From a virus: a stretch of 64,000 nucleotides of DNA. Numbering within the stretch: position 1 is the stretch's first letter; each line of letters begins with the position of its first letter. The notes under the pieces are model-generated. The model did no database searches, was not told where the DNA came from, and was given only the letters and a program-made list of their open reading frames with translations. Made by a program: the position numbers and the translations under genes. The stretch is taken from positions 32,001 through 96,000 of the IMG/VR virus record IMGVR_UViG_3300045988_147927; one strand, given 5' to 3'. Positions 38,565 through 48,059 of the stretch are shown here, in pieces.

Positions 38565-40760
38565 ATGGCAAAAAAAGAAAAAGATAAAGCTAACTATGTG
38601 CCGTGGGTCGGTGCAGTACCTAAAATAGAGAATTGGTATAAGAATTTTAATTTCGTGCTTGTTGAGAGTATGGAAGATTTAGAGAAAATCTTTGATGGTA
38701 AAAAAGATTACTATATGGCTTTTGATACTGAAACGACAGGGTTAGATTTTGAGGAAATTGACTTAGTAGGGTATTCTTTTTGTCTAGATGGAAAGACTGC
38801 TTATTATGTGCCAGTATATCATTTTCAGTATAGTGGTAATTTAGGTGAGGAGTCTGTAAAATTCATCTATGATAGGATGTGTGAGGCTAAAAAAGTATTC
38901 ATGTATAATATGAGGTATGATGCTCGTATTATGGAATATTATGGATATAAGGATAATAAAGAAGAGTTAGATAAGAAGAGATGGCTATATGCTAAGTTCG
39001 ACATGTCTAAAGTTTCTTATTATGATGTATCTGTACCTGTTTGGATAGCTGATACTAATATTAAATATCCTAGCTTAAAGTGGGCAAGTTTACATTATTT
39101 AGGTATAGAGCAATTACACTTTGATGAGGTTATCGAGGATGCAGGCTCATTCTTCTATCTTAATCCTAGTGATAATCAAGATACTGTGTTTTATGCCGCC
39201 GCTGATGCTTTATGTACATTTTTATTAGCTACTAATACTGTTAGGTACTTTCAAGAGGGTGGATGGTCAGCTAAGTTTGACAATATGATGCTTTACCCTT
39301 TATTACATTATGAAAATGAGAAAATATGGATAGAAGGTAGTGTTCTAAAAGAGTACTATAAGATAGCTACTGATAGGGTAGATAAGTTGGAGAGAGATGT
39401 CTATAATATGATAGGCAATCAGATAAACCTAAACTCACCTATACAAGTTTCTCAGGCTTTTGAGAGGTTAGGGATTGATACAGGTCAGCGTACTGATAGT
39501 GGTGCTATGGCTGTTGGTATTAAAGTCCTAGCGGATTTACCTAAAGAGTATGTTGATAACTATCCAGCATTGAGGTCATATATTGAATATAAAAAGACTG
39601 CAAAACTTATATCTTCTTATATTAAACCTTTTTTGAAAGAGTATGAGAGAAGAGGTTATTGTAGATTTGCGTATAAGACAACTGAAGTACCCACTGGGAG
39701 GCTTGCTTGTGGTAAAGATGGTAAAAACTCATTTTTCAGCCCCATAAACGCGCAGTCAATCCCGAAGCCTCATGTTAAGATGGAGGATGTATTCGATTTG
39801 GGGGATAGAAGTCTATTTTCTAAAAAAGATAATATTATTATGGGGTATAAATTTGTATATTCATCTTATGATGAAAATGGAAAACATATTATACCTGATG
39901 ATAGTAGATATATAGGCTGGGTAGAGGGTATGGATGATGATTTGAATATTCGTATGTCTATATCTCCTAAATTACTGAAAGATGATGGTGATGATGACTT
40001 CTTGTACACAAGTTTTGACTATGCCGCTGAGGAGTTACGCATTGCAGCTAATTTGAGTAGAGAACCTAACTGGGTAAAAGCGTTTACGTCTGGTGATGAC
40101 ATCCACAAATCGACAGCTTGCGCTATCTGGGGCGAGGAGCATTATAATAGGGATTATCGTAAGATGGCTAAGTATGCCAACTTCTCTATATTATATGGTG
40201 CTAGTTCTCATTCGTTATATGCTGATAGTAGGTATGGTTTTAAGTCTTTACAAGAGGCTGAAGATTTTTATAATAAGTATAAAAAGGCTTTACCTGTATT
40301 ATTTCAATGGCAAGATAGGATTATAGCTAGTGCCAAGAGAAAGGGAATGATACAAACATATTTCGGTAGACCTAGGAGGTTACGTTCTTATTATGAGAAT
40401 AGACAAATAGGCTTTGCTAACCGTAGTGCTGGTAATACAAGTGTTCAGGGTGTTGCTGGTGATATACTTAAAATGGTAATGATTAAGTTATGGAAAGCTC
40501 TATTCAATAATGATGAGTATAAAAATGATGTAGGTTGGAGAGTAGCTATTCATGATGAGATTGGTTATTCAATAAGGGCAACAAAATTGATGGAAATTAT
40601 GAAGTTAATAAAAGAGACTCAATCTGTTAAGTTAAAAGATTGGCCAGTAGAGATTATGACAGACCCATCTGTAGGTTGGTCTATGGGAAGAGTCTATGAT
40701 TTTCATCTAGTAGAGGATGATACTGAGTTAGGGTATCATTTTGAGCCAGATTTAGCATAG
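38565..40760 (+). CDS. Family A DNA polymerase with a 3'-5' exonuclease domain
   Basis: Exonuclease motifs FDTETTGLD and YAAADA. Polymerase motifs FDYAAEELRIAA, KMAKYANFSILYG and AIHDEI. Confidence 0.9.
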   Translation: MAKKEKDKANYVPWVGAVPKIENWYKNFNFVLVESMEDLEKIFDGKKDYYMAFDTETTGLDFEEIDLVGYSFCLDGKTAYYVPVYHFQYSGNLGEESVKFIYDRMCEAKKVFMYNMRYDARIMEYYGYKDNKEELDKKRWLYAKFDMSKVSYYDVSVPVWIADTNIKYPSLKWASLHYLGIEQLHFDEVIEDAGSFFYLNPSDNQDTVFYAAADALCTFLLATNTVRYFQEGGWSAKFDNMMLYPLLHYENEKIWIEGSVLKEYYKIATDRVDKLERDVYNMIGNQINLNSPIQVSQAFERLGIDTGQRTDSGAMAVGIKVLADLPKEYVDNYPALRSYIEYKKTAKLISSYIKPFLKEYERRGYCRFAYKTTEVPTGRLACGKDGKNSFFSPINAQSIPKPHVKMEDVFDLGDRSLFSKKDNIIMGYKFVYSSYDENGKHIIPDDSRYIGWVEGMDDDLNIRMSISPKLLKDDGDDDFLYTSFDYAAEELRIAANLSREPNWVKAFTSGDDIHKSTACAIWGEEHYNRDYRKMAKYANFSILYGASSHSLYADSRYGFKSLQEAEDFYNKYKKALPVLFQWQDRIIASAKRKGMIQTYFGRPRRLRSYYENRQIGFANRSAGNTSVQGVAGDILKMVMIKLWKALFNNDEYKNDVGWRVAIHDEIGYSIRATKLMEIMKLIKETQSVKLKDWPVEIMTDPSVGWSMGRVYDFHLVEDDTELGYHFEPDLA

Positions 40761-40771
40761 GTGGTGATATT

Positions 40772-41308
40772 GTGGATGATTTTGTTTTTGATAGTTTAAC
40801 ATTGGATGATTTAGTAAAATACACACATGATTCTAGTGTTTTTAATGTAACAAGAGATGATTTAAAGAATACTAAAATAACACTTGCTAGTTTTAGTGAT
40901 GAGAAATTAGGGAGTGCAGTAGAGAGGTTGGATGTTGCATATAAGGTAGGTTCTAAGTGGTCTTTGGTAGATATGCGTAAGGCTGAGGATTTCAATGAGG
41001 TGCCTTTGGAGTGGTTAATTAGTGATATTGATTCTGTGAGTGATTGTCTTGTTATTATTAGAAGAATGTCTAATATGTTATTAGATAAGAACAAATATAG
41101 TATGTCAAAATATATTTACCATGTGGTAGATGATAAATATAAGTATATCACTGAGAATCCTATGATTATTGGTAAACTTTCAAGATATGGAATATTAATT
41201 GATGGTGGAGTTGATGATATTATAAAGGACATTGAAAATAATGTTAAAGATAGTTATGATAAATCTTCTTTGATTAATTTCATTAAGCGTGGTGATGTTG
41301 TTGAGTGA
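40772..41308 (+). CDS. Hypothetical protein
   Basis: GTG start after AGGTGGTG. Confidence 0.6.
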   Translation: MDDFVFDSLTLDDLVKYTHDSSVFNVTRDDLKNTKITLASFSDEKLGSAVERLDVAYKVGSKWSLVDMRKAEDFNEVPLEWLISDIDSVSDCLVIIRRMSNMLLDKNKYSMSKYIYHVVDDKYKYITENPMIIGKLSRYGILIDGGVDDIIKDIENNVKDSYDKSSLINFIKRGDVVE

Positions 41309-41618
41309 TACAAATGAGTTACAACAACTAGGTAAGAATATTAGGGATATAAGAGTAAATATTCTAAAGTGTACTATATCTGAATTTTCTAAAATCACTG
41401 GTGTTAGTAGAGATGTTGTGTGTAGGTTAGAGGATTTAAGAACCGGTGGAAACGATAAAACTTGTCCAACTATAGTTACAATACTGAAGGTATGTCAATC
41501 ATTAAACATTTCTATAGGTGATATTTTAGGAAATGATATTATCTCTAATATTGAGTTAGTTAATACTTTAAAATGTATGGATTTTGTAGATAGAGAGTGT
41601 GTTAGTTATGGCAATTAG
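41292..41618 (+). CDS. XRE-family helix-turn-helix protein
   Basis: LGKNIRDIRVNILKCTISEFSKITGVSRDVVCRLE fits the XRE HTH pattern. Confidence 0.65.
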   Translation: MMLLSDTNELQQLGKNIRDIRVNILKCTISEFSKITGVSRDVVCRLEDLRTGGNDKTCPTIVTILKVCQSLNISIGDILGNDIISNIELVNTLKCMDFVDRECVSYGN

Positions 41619-42948
41619 TGTCGGTAGGACAATAAAAGAATTAGAATCTATGGCTACATCGCTTAATATAAGTATACCTAAAAGAGATGATGGTAAAAAA
41701 CCAAAGAAAGAAGATTATATTTATCCTATACGAGAACATAATCTTATCAATAGGTATGGTTCTTTAGAAAATGTACCATTACATCTACAATATATGCTAC
41801 ATATAAAATCACCAATGCTTGCTGGTAGAATTGATTCATTTAAGGAAGAACAGCAAGAGGAAGTGTGGGATTCTAATGAGTGGTCTATGGAGCAAAAGTT
41901 AAATGGTGTCAGGTGCTTTGTTGTGAATGATGGTAAAGGTATTCATTTATATAGTAGGCATAACTCTGATGTTGACTTGTTACCGATAGAATTTACAGAT
42001 AAGATTTTATTTAGTAATGAATTTGATTATTTTAGGTTAGATAAGACTTTTATAGTAGATTGTGAGTTGACATCAGATAACCCTAATATATGTACAATTT
42101 TAGATGGGTATGGTGTTGATACAAGTTCTCAACTACAAGCTGTAACATCTGTTATAGGTTCATCTAGTGATAGAGCATTAAGTATACAGGTACAGAATAA
42201 TCTTGAATTTGTGTTTAATGCATTTGATTGTATTTTTTATGATGGAAATTGGATAATGGATGAGTCATTATCTGATAGAAGAGAGTTATTGTATCATACT
42301 ATAGATTCACTAAGTAATAGTCATTTTAATATTAGAAAAGTTAAGTATGTTGTAGAGAATAAGAGGGATTTTTATAAGCACCTAGTATCTAGTGGTTTAG
42401 AGGGAACAGTTGCCAAGAGATTAGATGGGAAATATATTGCAGATACAACTAGGAATTTTAAAGGTTGGATTAAATGTAAGAGGTCTATCTCATACTCTTT
42501 AGGTGATTTTAACAATACTATTACAAGTTCAACAAGTGCTTTTGATGTATTAGGTGAGACTAATAATGACATATCATTTAGTTTTGGTGATACTGTTGAT
42601 GCTTTTATAACTGGGTATGAGTTAGGTAAAAAAGGTAGTGCTTTTGAGAATTTAATAGGTTCTATAGCTATATCTGTTTACGTTGAAAAAGATGATGGAA
42701 CTTTGGAAGAGAGAGAAATTGGAAAGTTTAGTGGGTTCAATCTTGATATGCGTAAGAGTATGACAGGGTATGTTAATGGAGTTCCTGTACTAAAACCAGA
42801 GTATTATGGTAAAGTTGTTGAGGTTGATGGACAACAGGTTACTAAGAATGGTAGGTTCGCTCATTGTGTATTTATAGGTTTTAGATACGATAAACTAAAG
42901 GATGCTTGTATATTGAGTGAAAAATTTTTAGAATCACAGGTATTATAA
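41608..42948 (+). CDS. ATP-dependent DNA ligase
   Basis: Motif I is EQKLNGVR (KxNG in place of KxDG). Motif III is IVDCEL, IV is EGTVAKR and V is WIKCK. Confidence 0.75.
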   Translation: MAISVGRTIKELESMATSLNISIPKRDDGKKPKKEDYIYPIREHNLINRYGSLENVPLHLQYMLHIKSPMLAGRIDSFKEEQQEEVWDSNEWSMEQKLNGVRCFVVNDGKGIHLYSRHNSDVDLLPIEFTDKILFSNEFDYFRLDKTFIVDCELTSDNPNICTILDGYGVDTSSQLQAVTSVIGSSSDRALSIQVQNNLEFVFNAFDCIFYDGNWIMDESLSDRRELLYHTIDSLSNSHFNIRKVKYVVENKRDFYKHLVSSGLEGTVAKRLDGKYIADTTRNFKGWIKCKRSISYSLGDFNNTITSSTSAFDVLGETNNDISFSFGDTVDAFITGYELGKKGSAFENLIGSIAISVYVEKDDGTLEEREIGKFSGFNLDMRKSMTGYVNGVPVLKPEYYGKVVEVDGQQVTKNGRFAHCVFIGFRYDKLKDACILSEKFLESQVL

Positions 42949-43032
42949 TGTTCTTAAAATTAAGTATATTTTGTATTGTTTTTAAGTAAATAACGTAGTA
43001 TAATAAAATTACTTTATGATAGAGGATATTAT

Positions 43033-43614
43033 ATGGATTATAGTAAATTAGAGGTTTCTGATTTTGTGCATATGGTTTTAAATAATGTGGGTATGTGTCC
43101 ATGTTTAATGATTGGTATGTATGTACAGGAATTTAAGAAACAGTATAAAGATGTTATAGAGAGGGTTTACAATATTGATAATGTAAGGGATTTGATTGAT
43201 TCGTATGAAGGTGTTACTAGAGTCAATAGTAAGTTTCTTGTATTAGATGGTGTTGGATATTTGTCTGCAACAGGACAGAACTCTTTATTAAAATTTATAG
43301 AAGAGTCTAAAGTCCCTATTATTCTTCTTTCATATAGTGATAAAGTTTCTCCTATTATCATGTCTAGGATGAAAGTTATTGTTAAGAGATGTTCTAAAGT
43401 TAAAAACCTAGATTTTTCTAGTGTTTCTGATACTTTAACTTTCATTGATGAGAAGAATAGTACTAGGGAAGAAAAAATGTCTGAGGTAGAAGAGGTACAA
43501 ATAATGGCTAATATGTGTCCTAGTTTGTACTCTATAAAACAACAGGCAGGTGATAAATATGGTTATTCTAATAAAAGACTTATTGATATTATGTGTAGAA
43601 AATCTAGAGGTTAA
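43033..43614 (+). CDS. Clamp-loader (Pol III delta-prime-like) protein
   Basis: FLVLDGVGYLSATGQNSLLKFIEESKVPIILLS resembles the clamp-loader motif DE..l....qNaLLK.lEE. Confidence 0.45.
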   Translation: MDYSKLEVSDFVHMVLNNVGMCPCLMIGMYVQEFKKQYKDVIERVYNIDNVRDLIDSYEGVTRVNSKFLVLDGVGYLSATGQNSLLKFIEESKVPIILLSYSDKVSPIIMSRMKVIVKRCSKVKNLDFSSVSDTLTFIDEKNSTREEKMSEVEEVQIMANMCPSLYSIKQQAGDKYGYSNKRLIDIMCRKSRG

Positions 43615-43616
43615 GT

Positions 43617-44348
43617 ATGGAGCATGATTATAACATAGTTAATAAGGTAGTTAAAGTTAGTGATTCTTCTTGTATATTTAATTATCTTGACTTAGTTTGT
43701 TTCATGTACCCTAATTTTGAAATAAGGGAAGAGTTTAATATCTTAGATAAAAATAATGATATCATATATGTTGGAAAGGTAAATTCTAATATAGTAGAGT
43801 TATTAAAAGAGAATACAAGGAATTTTATAGCTATTAATAACATTGGAATACAGGATATAGATTTAACTATTAGAGATGTTGCTATTAGAGTATTGTATGA
43901 TAAGTATGGTAAATCTCCTAGTGATAAGGTAAAATCATTATTAGATTCGATGTCTGAGAATGATTTTATAAAATACTTTAAATCTTTTTGGGTATTAGGA
44001 AGGTCAAAGATAGACGATGTTCCTATAACATTATGGGATTTGTATTGTGTCTTGGGTAAATCTAGGTATGATATTTTAAAGGTATATTTACATATGCGTG
44101 AGTATTATACAGATAGTATGATATTTAATGGTGTGTTATCTTTTATAGAGAAGTCTATGAATTTAGAAGATGTTGTTATTAATAGTGGTAAATATTTAAA
44201 GTTACTTGTAGATTTTAATAAGTCTTTTGATAAAGTAATTATTTCTGTTATACAGAAAGTGTATACAATGAAGTGTGTTAATGACATAGATAGGGAGTAT
44301 CGTACTTTGTGGTTATTAATGCAGTTAGGGAAAGGAAATATACTATAA
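43617..44348 (+). CDS. Hypothetical protein (replication module)
   Basis: ORF coupled to its neighbours. Confidence 0.6.
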   Translation: MEHDYNIVNKVVKVSDSSCIFNYLDLVCFMYPNFEIREEFNILDKNNDIIYVGKVNSNIVELLKENTRNFIAINNIGIQDIDLTIRDVAIRVLYDKYGKSPSDKVKSLLDSMSENDFIKYFKSFWVLGRSKIDDVPITLWDLYCVLGKSRYDILKVYLHMREYYTDSMIFNGVLSFIEKSMNLEDVVINSGKYLKLLVDFNKSFDKVIISVIQKVYTMKCVNDIDREYRTLWLLMQLGKGNIL

Positions 44349-44767
44349 TGTCGATACTAGAGATGGAAGCAGAGCTTGATAAGGTTGTCAATGATTTGCA
44401 AAAAAGAATCTTTGACGTCTATGATACATATCTTGTCGAGAATGGTAAAATTATAGATTTGCCGACCTATGAATCACTAATAAATAACTATAAATTGCAA
44501 TATGAAGTTTCAGAGAAGTTGATACATACTATAGATGTGTTGAATGACTTAAAATTGAGGATTAATATTGTAAATAGGAATTTGTCTGATATTAAAAACT
44601 TGCAGATAACAACAAAGTCAGATTATCAGTTAATCGCTAATTTTAAAAATAAGGTTAGTAGGTGGTATGATAGTTTTAATGAGCATAAGTTTCAGATATC
44701 AGATTTAATAAAAAATGCTAATAGTAAGTTGAGTACTATTAGTGCTGTTAGATTTGTTAATGATTGA
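44348..44767 (+). CDS. Hypothetical coiled-coil protein
   Basis: TAATG overlap start at 44348. Confidence 0.55.
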   Translation: MSILEMEAELDKVVNDLQKRIFDVYDTYLVENGKIIDLPTYESLINNYKLQYEVSEKLIHTIDVLNDLKLRINIVNRNLSDIKNLQITTKSDYQLIANFKNKVSRWYDSFNEHKFQISDLIKNANSKLSTISAVRFVND

Positions 44768-44782
44768 TAGGGGGAGATATGA

Positions 44783-45349
44783 TTGGAAGATTCTAGTGTT
44801 TTTATGGATTCTCTTATTAGAGAGTTGAAAGAATACTTTCCTAATAATGTAGCTTTACAGAATTTTTGTAATATTATTATAAAAATTCATGATAATTATG
44901 AGTATTCTTTGTCTGATGTTGATAAAGATGTTCTCAAACAGTCTATAAAGGAATTATCTATTTTTACTACATTAGGGATATATCAGAAAGTTTTTTCAAA
45001 AATGTCTGATGATATTGGAAGTAAGATAGATATTATTACTAGGAAGAGTGGTAGTAATATGTCAGCTCCTGTAAAGAGTAGGGAAACAGTTACAACTTAT
45101 ACCAGTAATAGGGTTAATCTAGGGATAGACTTAGAGGAATTAAATAAGAGAAGTAACAAGTTTAAAGATACAAAAAATAGTATTAATAAAGAGTATGTTT
45201 CTTCGTCAAATCAGTTTAGTCTTGATGGTGTTGATTTAGATAGTAGTAAGAGTGATAATACATCACATAGTTATGCAACATATCATAATGCAGTAGATGA
45301 TAGTTATGATTCTGTACCTGACATTGATATAAATGACTTGGATTACTAA
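44783..45349 (+). CDS. Hypothetical protein
   Basis: TTG start after AGGGGGA. Confidence 0.55.
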   Translation: MEDSSVFMDSLIRELKEYFPNNVALQNFCNIIIKIHDNYEYSLSDVDKDVLKQSIKELSIFTTLGIYQKVFSKMSDDIGSKIDIITRKSGSNMSAPVKSRETVTTYTSNRVNLGIDLEELNKRSNKFKDTKNSINKEYVSSSNQFSLDGVDLDSSKSDNTSHSYATYHNAVDDSYDSVPDIDINDLDY

Positions 45350-45414
45350 TTTTGGTAATAAGGCAAATCGCTTTTTACAATATATTTTATTTATTATATA
45401 AGGAGATATGAGAT

Positions 45415-46233
45415 ATGTCTGAAATTGAAAACAACTTTGATGCTATGTTTAATACTAATAATGAGAGTGTTGAAAATAGTATGCCTACTACAAATGAAGT
45501 AGAGAGTGTTACTAAAAATGAAATTGCATCACCTGAGACTTTTGAGATTAAGGTTAATACATCTGCTTTAGGTTCATTAGGTATTACACCAATTGCTTTT
45601 GGTGATAAGATTAGGAATATTCCTATTGAAAAATATAAAGCTAAGATGGGTAAAATCGATAAGATTTCTATTATTAGTTCTGATGTATTACCAATTAAAT
45701 ATCATTACATTGATGGAAAAGGTTCATTCTTGTGTACAGGTGGAAGATGTTGTGAGTTGAGTGGAGACCCTACAATTCGATATATCGTTCCTGTATGCGT
45801 ATATGATACAAATAGTAGGGGTGATTTTTCTTCACCTAATTTAGAGTTAAAAGTATTATCAATGGGTAATGAGTTATATCAAACAGTTACAATGATTGCT
45901 AATACTGTTAAAAATATGGGTGGTATTACTCATGTTGATTTAAATGTTAATTGTACTGATGATAAGTTCCAGAAGTTGACTTTAATTCCGTCTGGTGAGG
46001 CTATGTGGAGAAAGTCTGCTGAAGCTGTTCAATTCTTAGCTAATAAGTGGAATGAATCTGTTGGTGAGGCGTATCGAGCTATTGCTAGGTCTGTTGATGA
46101 AGATACATTTGTTAAATTTTATGAGGAAGCAAACTTTGGCGTTAAAGATGAACCTAAGTTTGGTGCAAACGATAATCCTTTTGGGAATGTATCTCAACAA
46201 ACAAGTAACTTTGATGATTTCTTTAAAAAATAG
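45415..46233 (+). CDS. Putative ssDNA-binding protein
   Basis: Acidic-aromatic C-terminal tail (..NFDDFFKK) and a Cys cluster CTGGRCC. Lies beside recombination genes. The call is tentative. Confidence 0.35.
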   Translation: MSEIENNFDAMFNTNNESVENSMPTTNEVESVTKNEIASPETFEIKVNTSALGSLGITPIAFGDKIRNIPIEKYKAKMGKIDKISIISSDVLPIKYHYIDGKGSFLCTGGRCCELSGDPTIRYIVPVCVYDTNSRGDFSSPNLELKVLSMGNELYQTVTMIANTVKNMGGITHVDLNVNCTDDKFQKLTLIPSGEAMWRKSAEAVQFLANKWNESVGEAYRAIARSVDEDTFVKFYEEANFGVKDEPKFGANDNPFGNVSQQTSNFDDFFKK

Positions 46234-46255
46234 AAGTATGTATTAAAATAGGAGA

Positions 46256-46298
46256 GGGTACTGTATAAGTTAATATAATTTGTATAGTACCCTATTTT
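46256..46298 (+). terminator. Hairpin plus T-run
   Basis: GGGTAC...GTACCC followed by TATTTT. Confidence 0.5.
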
Positions 46299-46304
46299 CA
46301 TTGT

Positions 46305-46937
46305 ATGGTTATATTAGCAATAGACCCTAGTTTTAAGGCTTTATCTTTCAGTTTATTTGATTCTAATAGTAAGTCAGTTTACATCGATACTGTATCCTAT
46401 CCTCTAGGGACATCGATTGGGTTTGAGAAGATTTTTGATGCCGTTCATGTGCAGTGGTATCAGTTAAAAGAGAAGATAGATACATATTTAAAGGATAAGT
46501 CTATAAGTATAGATTATGTTGTGTCTGAGATACCACCTCCAGTAGGAAATTTTTCAGCTGGCTTATATGCTTTGGATTACACAATACTTAATAATATCTT
46601 TGAGGAGTATAAAACTGTAAAAGATTTGTATATTCTATCACCGTCTTTTCTAACAAAAGTTCATGGTAGGAGAGGATATAAAAAGGGTGAGAGTACTGAG
46701 TTGGCTAAGTACTTCATAGAGAATATATTAGAGAATCAGATTAATGTGTGGATACCTAACAAAGTTTCTGAAACAGGTAGGAATATAAAGGGAAGATTAA
46801 ATAATGACAAGGCTGAATCCTTTATTTTTTTAATGAGAATGTTTGTTAAGTTTAATATTTATAATCTAGCAGACACTATTACTAAAGAAGTAGATGGATT
46901 AAAGCATGAAGGTGAAAAATTATTAAGGAGTCGGTAA
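46305..46937 (+). CDS. RuvC-like Holliday junction resolvase
   Basis: N-terminal VILAIDPSFKALSFSLFD and the motif VVSEIPPP fit the RuvC-like pattern. Confidence 0.5.
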   Translation: MVILAIDPSFKALSFSLFDSNSKSVYIDTVSYPLGTSIGFEKIFDAVHVQWYQLKEKIDTYLKDKSISIDYVVSEIPPPVGNFSAGLYALDYTILNNIFEEYKTVKDLYILSPSFLTKVHGRRGYKKGESTELAKYFIENILENQINVWIPNKVSETGRNIKGRLNNDKAESFIFLMRMFVKFNIYNLADTITKEVDGLKHEGEKLLRSR

Positions 46938-46938
46938 G

Positions 46939-48057
46939 ATGGCAAAAAAAGAGAAGATAGATGATTTTTCTAAGAAGATTAAAAAGATGTCATCAGAGTA
47001 TAAGTCTTTATCTGAGCCTGAGTTTATCAAGAGTGGTTCAGTTGTGATAGATGCTATTCTTGGTGGTGGAGTGCCTCAAGGTGTTTTTATCCTATTATCG
47101 TCTGATAGTGGTTTAGGTAAATCTACTGCCTCTCTACATATCAGTAAGGCTTATTGTATGCAGAGTAAAAGGGTATTATATTTAGATTTTGAGAGTGGTG
47201 TAAATTCCTCTCAATTAAACTCAATGGGGTTATCTAAATATTTATATGATGTTGATACTAATCCTGATGGCATATTCTATCTATTTCAAATACAGACATA
47301 TCGTGAGGCTGATAAATTATTAGATGAGTTAGTTGAGGATGTTGACTTAGTTGTCATAGATTCAGCATCTGCTATGTTGACAGAGAAGGTTAAAGATTCT
47401 TCCTCAGAGGATGTATTACCTGGGATTGATAGTCGGGTAATGTCAACTTTCCTTAAAAGACACAAGGCTAGTAGTACAAGAGCTGGAACATCATGGATTA
47501 TTGTCAATCAGCTAAGAACTAAGATTGCTATGAGTTATGGACAACAGACAGCTGAAGTTGAGGCAGGTGGTAAGGCTTTAAAATTCTATCCTGATATTCG
47601 TTTGACAATGAAGAAAGCATTTAAGGGTACTTTAGAGAGAACTGAAATTACTGCTAGCGGAGAGCAAAAAGTTCCTTTTGGTGCTATATGTGAAATTAAA
47701 GCTGTTAAGAATAGGTATGAGCGTCCAGAGATTCCTTTACGATTAGCAATTATTTTTGGCAAGGGAATTTCTAATGAGTATGCCTATGTTGATTTCTTAG
47801 AGCAACATGGTAAGATTGTTAGAAAAGGTGCATGGTATACTATTAATTTAGGTGATAGCCCATCTGTTCAAGGTATGAATGGTGTTATCGAATGGGTAAA
47901 TGCTAATAAAGGTATAATTAAAGACTATATTGAGTCAGAGGGTGGATATAGATTACTTTTAAATGAGGAAAGTAGTGTAGATTTAGTATCTGACTCTTAT
48001 GATGAAGAAGTCCTAGATGGGACTGAGGTCTTTGATGAGACTGGTGATGAGGAATAA
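46939..48057 (+). CDS. RecA/UvsX-family recombinase
   Basis: Walker A is SDSGLGKST and Walker B is LVVIDSAS. Also contains VNQLRTKI and GISNEYAYVDFLEQHGKIVRKGAWY. Confidence 0.85.
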   Translation: MAKKEKIDDFSKKIKKMSSEYKSLSEPEFIKSGSVVIDAILGGGVPQGVFILLSSDSGLGKSTASLHISKAYCMQSKRVLYLDFESGVNSSQLNSMGLSKYLYDVDTNPDGIFYLFQIQTYREADKLLDELVEDVDLVVIDSASAMLTEKVKDSSSEDVLPGIDSRVMSTFLKRHKASSTRAGTSWIIVNQLRTKIAMSYGQQTAEVEAGGKALKFYPDIRLTMKKAFKGTLERTEITASGEQKVPFGAICEIKAVKNRYERPEIPLRLAIIFGKGISNEYAYVDFLEQHGKIVRKGAWYTINLGDSPSVQGMNGVIEWVNANKGIIKDYIESEGGYRLLLNEESSVDLVSDSYDEEVLDGTEVFDETGDEE

Positions 48058-48059
48058 TT

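Noticed and set aside
40681-41398. Minus-strand ORFs 40681-41094 and 41195-41398
   Set aside because: They are antisense to coupled +-strand genes and have Ser/Leu-rich shadow-ORF composition.
2722-46246. Same-strand alternative-frame ORFs 2722-2925, 8363-8581, 40093-40326 and 46052-46246
   Set aside because: They lie wholly inside better-supported genes, have hydrophobic or low-complexity translations and no RBS.
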